NCBI RefSeq assembly: GCF_017876815.1
Contig: NZ_JAGIOS010000001.1
Location: 1,590,001 to 1,622,000, forward strand
Length of the DNA stretch: 32,000 nucleotides
Reading direction: 5' to 3'
Source: Sinorhizobium meliloti
GTDB lineage: Bacteria; Pseudomonadota; Alphaproteobacteria; Rhizobiales; Rhizobiaceae
The notes beneath the pieces are model-generated. The model was not told the DNA's origin and ran no database searches. It was given only the letters and a program-made list of their open reading frames with translations. This document shows positions 28,330 to 32,000 of the stretch, piece after piece. Within the stretch, counting starts at the first letter, position 1. Every line of letters starts with the position of its first letter. A program made the translations under genes and the position numbers.

Positions 28330-29736
28330 ATGGCCTATGATCTCATCGTTATCGGAAGCGGCCCCGGCGGCTATGTCTGCGCCATCAAGGCGGCGCAGCT
28401 CGGCATGAAGGTTGCCGTGGTCGAGAAGCGCAGCACCTATGGCGGCACATGCCTGAATGTCGGCTGCATCCCCTCCAAGGCGCTGCTGCATGCTTCCGAA
28501 ATGTTCCATCAGGCTCAGCACGGCCTGGAGGCGCTGGGTGTGGAGGTCGCAAACCCGAAGCTCAACCTTCAGAAGATGATGGCCCACAAGGACGCAACCG
28601 TTAAGTCCAACGTCGACGGCGTCTCCTTCCTCTTCAAGAAGAACAAGATCGATGGCTTCCAGGGCACCGGCAAGGTTCTCGGCCAGGGCAAGGTCTCGGT
28701 CACGAACGAAAAGGGTGAGGAGCAGGTGCTCGAGGCGAAGAACGTCGTCATCGCCACCGGCTCGGATGTCGCCGGCATCCCGGGCGTGGAGGTCGCGTTC
28801 GACGAAAAGACCATCGTCTCCTCGACCGGGGCGCTCGCGCTCGAAAAGGTCCCCGCGAGCATGATCGTCGTCGGCGGCGGCGTCATCGGCCTCGAGCTCG
28901 GCTCGGTCTGGGCGCGCCTCGGCGCCAAGGTGACCGTGGTCGAATTCCTCGACACGATTCTCGGCGGCATGGACGGCGAAGTCGCCAAGCAGCTTCAGCG
29001 GATGCTGACCAAGCAGGGCATCGACTTCAAGCTCGGCGCCAAGGTGACGGGCGTCGTGAAATCGGGCGACGGTGCCAAGGTCACCTTCGAGCCCGTTAAG
29101 GGCGGCGAGGCCACTACGCTCGATGCCGAAGTCGTGCTCATCGCTACCGGACGCAAGCCCTCGACGGACGGCTTGGGTCTCGCCAAGGCGGGCGTCGTCC
29201 TCGATTCGCGTGGCCGCGTGGAGATCGACCGGCATTTTCAGACGAGCATTGCCGGCGTCTACGCGATCGGCGACGTGGTGCGTGGGCCGATGCTGGCGCA
29301 CAAGGCCGAGGATGAAGGTGTCGCCGTGGCGGAGATCATCGCAGGTCAGGCCGGCCACGTGAACTACGACGTCATTCCGGGCGTCGTCTACACCCAGCCC
29401 GAGGTCGCCTCCGTCGGCAAGACCGAGGAAGAGCTGAAGGCTGCGGGCGTCGCCTACAAGATCGGCAAGTTCCCCTTCACCGCCAATGGCCGCGCCCGCG
29501 CCATGCTTCAGACGGACGGTTTCGTGAAGATTCTCGCGGACAAGGAGACCGACCGCGTGCTCGGCGGCCACATCATCGGCTTCGGCGCCGGCGAAATGAT
29601 CCACGAGATCGCGGTGCTGATGGAGTTCGGCGGATCGTCGGAGGACCTCGGGCGCACCTGCCACGCCCATCCGACGATGTCGGAGGCGGTAAAGGAAGCG
29701 GCGCTTTCCACCTTCTTCAAGCCGATCCACATGTGA
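28330..29736 (+). CDS. lpdA: dihydrolipoyl dehydrogenase (E3)
   Basis: GSGPGGY FAD motif, redox-active [14 protein letters not shown]-terminal HAHPT motif, 468 aa. Confidence 0.97.
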   Translation: MAYDLIVIGSGPGGYVCAIKAAQLGMKVAVVEKRSTYGGTCLNVGCIPSKALLHASEMFHQAQHGLEALGVEVANPKLNLQKMMAHKDATVKSNVDGVSFLFKKNKIDGFQGTGKVLGQGKVSVTNEKGEEQVLEAKNVVIATGSDVAGIPGVEVAFDEKTIVSSTGALALEKVPASMIVVGGGVIGLELGSVWARLGAKVTVVEFLDTILGGMDGEVAKQLQRMLTKQGIDFKLGAKVTGVVKSGDGAKVTFEPVKGGEATTLDAEVVLIATGRKPSTDGLGLAKAGVVLDSRGRVEIDRHFQTSIAGVYAIGDVVRGPMLAHKAEDEGVAVAEIIAGQAGHVNYDVIPGVVYTQPEVASVGKTEEELKAAGVAYKIGKFPFTANGRARAMLQTDGFVKILADKETDRVLGGHIIGFGAGEMIHEIAVLMEFGGSSEDLGRTCHAHPTMSEAVKEAALSTFFKPIHM

Positions 29737-29755
29737 TTATGGGAGGGCGGCGCTG

Positions 29756-29916
29756 CCCCTCATCCGCCTGCCGGCTCCTTCTCCCCGCAGGCGGGGAGAA
29801 GGGACAAGCGGCGCCAACTGAACCCCGCATTCACCGCCCGCCCGAGGGAGCGAGCGGGCGCGGCATATCCCTTCGCCCCGCTCGCGGGGAGAAGGTGCCG
29901 GCAGGCGGATGAGGGG
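29756..29916. repeat. About 160-bp TIR-bounded palindromic element, copy 3
   Basis: CCCCTCATCCGCCTGCCGGCTCCTTCTCCCCGCAGGCGGGGAGAAGG ... GGGGAGAAGGTGCCGGCAGGCGGATGAGGGG. The core is the reverse complement of the copy 1 core. It lies between the convergent lpdA and TraB/GumN genes. Confidence 0.85.
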
Positions 29917-29941
29917 CATTCTCACCGCATCGACCGGCCGA

Positions 29942-31033
29942 TCATTCCACCCGCGTTACCGTGAACCCCTGCTGACGCAGGAGTTCGACGAGGCCTTCCC
30001 TGCCGGGAAGGTGGAGCGCGCCGACGGCCATGAAGGCGCCGCCGCCCTTCAGGAGGGGCGCGGCGCGATCTGCCATGATCCTGTTGCGATCGATGATGAT
30101 GCGCTGCTCGAATTCGGCGTAGCCGGCGTCGTCGGACGACAGCCCGGCGGAGACGAGTTTCATCATCGGCATGATCGTGCCCGTCTCGCCGGAGAGGTAG
30201 AGATCGGTGGTCGTCGTCATCACGTCGTCCATCGTCTTGCCGAGAGCAAGCGTTTCGATCAGCGCCTTGAGATGCAACTCGACCGGCAGCGAATCCATCG
30301 CCGATAGCTGCTCGACCAGCGTTTCGAGCCCCTTGAGCGTCTTGCCCTCCTTCACCGCGTCCTCGGCGAGCTTCTTGTCGAGGAAGGAGGCACCGGCCGC
30401 CTTGCGCGAGAATTCGCAGGCCGGCAGGGCCACGAAGCTGGCGATCATCCAGGGCTTCATCTTGGTGACGAGCGGCAGGGGGATGCCGCGCGCCTTGAGG
30501 CCGTTTTCGAGAAGCGCGCGGTCCTCCGGCTTCAGGAAGTCGTTGATCGTCTTGTCGCCGGTGAACATGGTCAGTTCGGGCTGCATCATGATCGCAGCGG
30601 TTGCCCTGTTCTGGTCGACGATCTCGTCGGACTCGACGATCACGGTCTCAGCCCTTGCGAAGGCTTCCGTCGCGCCGCCGGGCATCGCCAGTACGCGAGG
30701 ATCGGTGACATGCATGGTGCCGAGCAGGAAGGAGGGCGCCTGTCCGTGGCCTTCGATTTTCCAAAGCAGGCCCTTTCCGTTGGGCACCGCCGCCGCTTCC
30801 GCGCGCAGCGCCGCCAGGCGGGCCGGGTCCGAGAGTTCGAGGCCGGTCAAGATGTTGCTGCCGGCGCAATCGACTTCTTCCGCGCGTGCATCCGACACAT
30901 AAAGCAGGGCGGCAAGGAGGCTTGCTGCCGTCAGTGCATTCAACATCGCGATCAGCCACAGCAGGCCGTCTGCCGCCTTGGCCGCCAGATCGCGGACCGG
31001 TCCGGTGAAAGTGTTCATGGGTGCCCCCCGCAT
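29942..31033 (-). CDS. TraB/GumN-family protein (membrane-anchored or secreted)
   Basis: LLGTMHVTDPRV (the GTxH family motif) and an N-terminal hydrophobic segment LLWLIAMLNALTAASLLAALL. Alternative start ATG 31018 has a G-rich SD-like tract upstream. Confidence 0.8.
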   Translation of the reverse strand: MRGAPMNTFTGPVRDLAAKAADGLLWLIAMLNALTAASLLAALLYVSDARAEEVDCAGSNILTGLELSDPARLAALRAEAAAVPNGKGLLWKIEGHGQAPSFLLGTMHVTDPRVLAMPGGATEAFARAETVIVESDEIVDQNRATAAIMMQPELTMFTGDKTINDFLKPEDRALLENGLKARGIPLPLVTKMKPWMIASFVALPACEFSRKAAGASFLDKKLAEDAVKEGKTLKGLETLVEQLSAMDSLPVELHLKALIETLALGKTMDDVMTTTTDLYLSGETGTIMPMMKLVSAGLSSDDAGYAEFEQRIIIDRNRIMADRAAPLLKGGGAFMAVGALHLPGREGLVELLRQQGFTVTRVE

Positions 31034-31059
31034 TTAGAGCATGTCAGCGATTCATTGAA

Positions 31060-31140
31060 ACGCAGATGCGCTCTAACTCTTTGAAGCTGCGCACTTCCGG
31101 ACGGAAAACCGCTGCACACTTTTCCTGGAAGCGCTCTGGC
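31060..31140 (-). repeat. Palindromic intergenic element, copy d
   Basis: Hairpin 31089-31134 has outer stems GCGC and TTCC pairing with GGAA and GCGC, and inner stem GGAAAA/TTTTCC. It is the reverse complement of copy c, including the CTCTTTGA(A/G) flank. Confidence 0.8.
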
Positions 31141-31195
31141 GGAACCCTACTCCCCCGCGGTCACGGGTTCCTTAACGCGCTTGGTTAACCGTCAA

Positions 31196-31243
31196 GCACG
31201 TCGGATTTTGGGCACGTCGGATTTTGGGCGCGTCGGATTTTAG
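31196..31243. repeat. 16-bp tandem direct repeat x3
   Basis: GCACGTCGGATTTTGG (31196-31211), GCACGTCGGATTTTGG (31212-31227), GCGCGTCGGATTTTAG (31228-31243). The third unit contains the xerC stop codon (31240-31242). Confidence 0.9.
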
Positions 31244-32000
31244 GCGCGCGGGTGGGCACGGTCGTAGATTTCCAGGAGCCGCGCCGAATCGACGCCGGTA
31301 TAGACCTGCGTCGTCGACAGGCTGGCATGGCCGAGCAGTTCCTGGATGGTGCGGAGATCCCCTCCGCCTGCCAGAAGATGCGTCGCGAAAGAGTGGCGCA
31401 GCGCGTGCGGCGTCGCCGAATCCGGCAGGCCGAGTGCGGCGCGCAGCTTCTGCATCTCGCGCTGGATGATCGCCGGCTGGAGCTTCGCGCCGCGAGCGCC
31501 GCGGAAAATCGGCTCTTCGGGCTCGATATGGTAGGGGCAGAGCTTCCGATAGGTCTCGACCGCTTCCGCGGCGGCCGCGATCATCGGCACGATCCGTGTC
31601 TTGCCGCCCTTTCCGGTGACCCTGAGCGACGTGACCGGTCCTGAGAAATCGGCAGGGGTCAGGTCCAGCGCCTCCGCTATCCGCAGGCCGCAGCCATAGA
31701 GCAATGTCAGCACTGCGGCGTTGCGCGCCGCGATCCAGGGTTCCTCGGCCAGTTGCGCGTCCGCCGTGACGACCTTCAGGGCCTCCCGGTCGGTCAATGC
31801 CTTGGGGAGGGACTTCGGCTGCTTCGGGGACCGAACCGCCCCTGCGCCCGCCGCATTGGCGAGCCCGTTTCTCTCGAGATAGCGCAGGAAGGAACGCAGA
31901 CCTGCCAGCCCGCGGCCGAGCGTGCGCGCGCCGGCCCCGCCCTTGCGGCGCTGCGCCAGGAAGCCGCGCAGATCCGCGGGACGCAGGGCGCAAATATCCG
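31240..32000 (-). CDS. xerC: tyrosine site-specific recombinase XerC-type, C-terminal about 250 aa (5' end beyond the right edge)
   Basis: Catalytic blocks GLRIAEAL, HALRHSFATHLL and LGHASLSTTQVYT. I translated the frame by hand upstream of the ORF-track start and it stays open to the window edge (...LRPADLRGFLAQRRKGGAGARTLGRGLAGLRSFLRYLERNGL...). The XerC versus XerD assignment is from remembered rhizobial synteny. Confidence 0.8.
   Translation of the reverse strand, partial: DICALRPADLRGFLAQRRKGGAGARTLGRGLAGLRSFLRYLERNGLANAAGAGAVRSPKQPKSLPKALTDREALKVVTADAQLAEEPWIAARNAAVLTLLYGCGLRIAEALDLTPADFSGPVTSLRVTGKGGKTRIVPMIAAAAEAVETYRKLCPYHIEPEEPIFRGARGAKLQPAIIQREMQKLRAALGLPDSATPHALRHSFATHLLAGGGDLRTIQELLGHASLSTTQVYTGVDSARLLEIYDRAHPRA

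Noticed and set aside
29942-31033. A TraB-named gene as evidence of conjugative-transfer machinery.
   Set aside because: It belongs to the TraB/GumN (GTxH motif, pheromone-shutdown-like) family, unrelated to type IV secretion TraB. No other transfer genes are nearby.
31240-32000. The tyrosine recombinase as the integrase of a prophage or genomic island.
   Set aside because: The sequence blocks match chromosome-dimer-resolution XerC/XerD proteins. No tRNA, att-like direct repeats bracketing foreign genes, or phage genes are visible in the window. The right-hand context is outside the window and so cannot be fully excluded.

Overview
High-GC alphaproteobacterial chromosomal segment. Gene order, an Omp19-type lipoprotein and the intergenic repeat families point to Rhizobiaceae, probably Sinorhizobium/Ensifer-like; this is inference with no database search. 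The window is mostly core housekeeping. Left to right: gpsA (3' part), a YciI-like gene, an EVE-domain gene and a SAM-methyltransferase; a 640-bp gene-free repeat mosaic; a secreted hypothetical (minus strand); sdhCDAB; an msrA with a signal peptide. Next is a minus-strand ROK regulator / Gfo-Idh-MocA oxidoreductase / ThuA-like operon, divergent from a four-gene CUT1-type sugar ABC transporter. Then come an Omp19-like lipoprotein, a higBA toxin-antitoxin pair, zapE, and mdh-sucCDAB. lysE, a small secreted Cys protein and an SDR lie between sucB and lpdA. The window ends with a TraB/GumN-family gene (minus) and the 3' part of xerC (minus, runs off the right edge). I found no rRNA, tRNA, CRISPR array, transposase, phage module or recognisable defence island, and I cannot honestly point to a clear novel multi-gene system. 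What gene calls do not explain is the non-coding layer. (1) A roughly 160-bp element with about 30-bp terminal inverted repeats occurs three times, with swapped cores. (2) A structured palindromic element occurs four times, plus one mini copy, at gene 3' ends and inside the suc operon; its outer stems differ between copies but stay complementary. (3) A 16-bp x3 tandem repeat overlaps the xerC stop codon and shares a GATTTTAGG motif with family 2. (4) A nested, split inverted-repeat mosaic spans 2028-2666. Secondary points are the ThuA/ThuB-like 3-keto-sugar-type locus with a Cys-less ROK regulator, the lower-GC higBA islet, a basic Gly/Tyr-rich secreted protein, and a long structured sucD-sucA spacer. 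The many long ORFs antisense to or out of frame with real genes are treated as high-GC artefacts.
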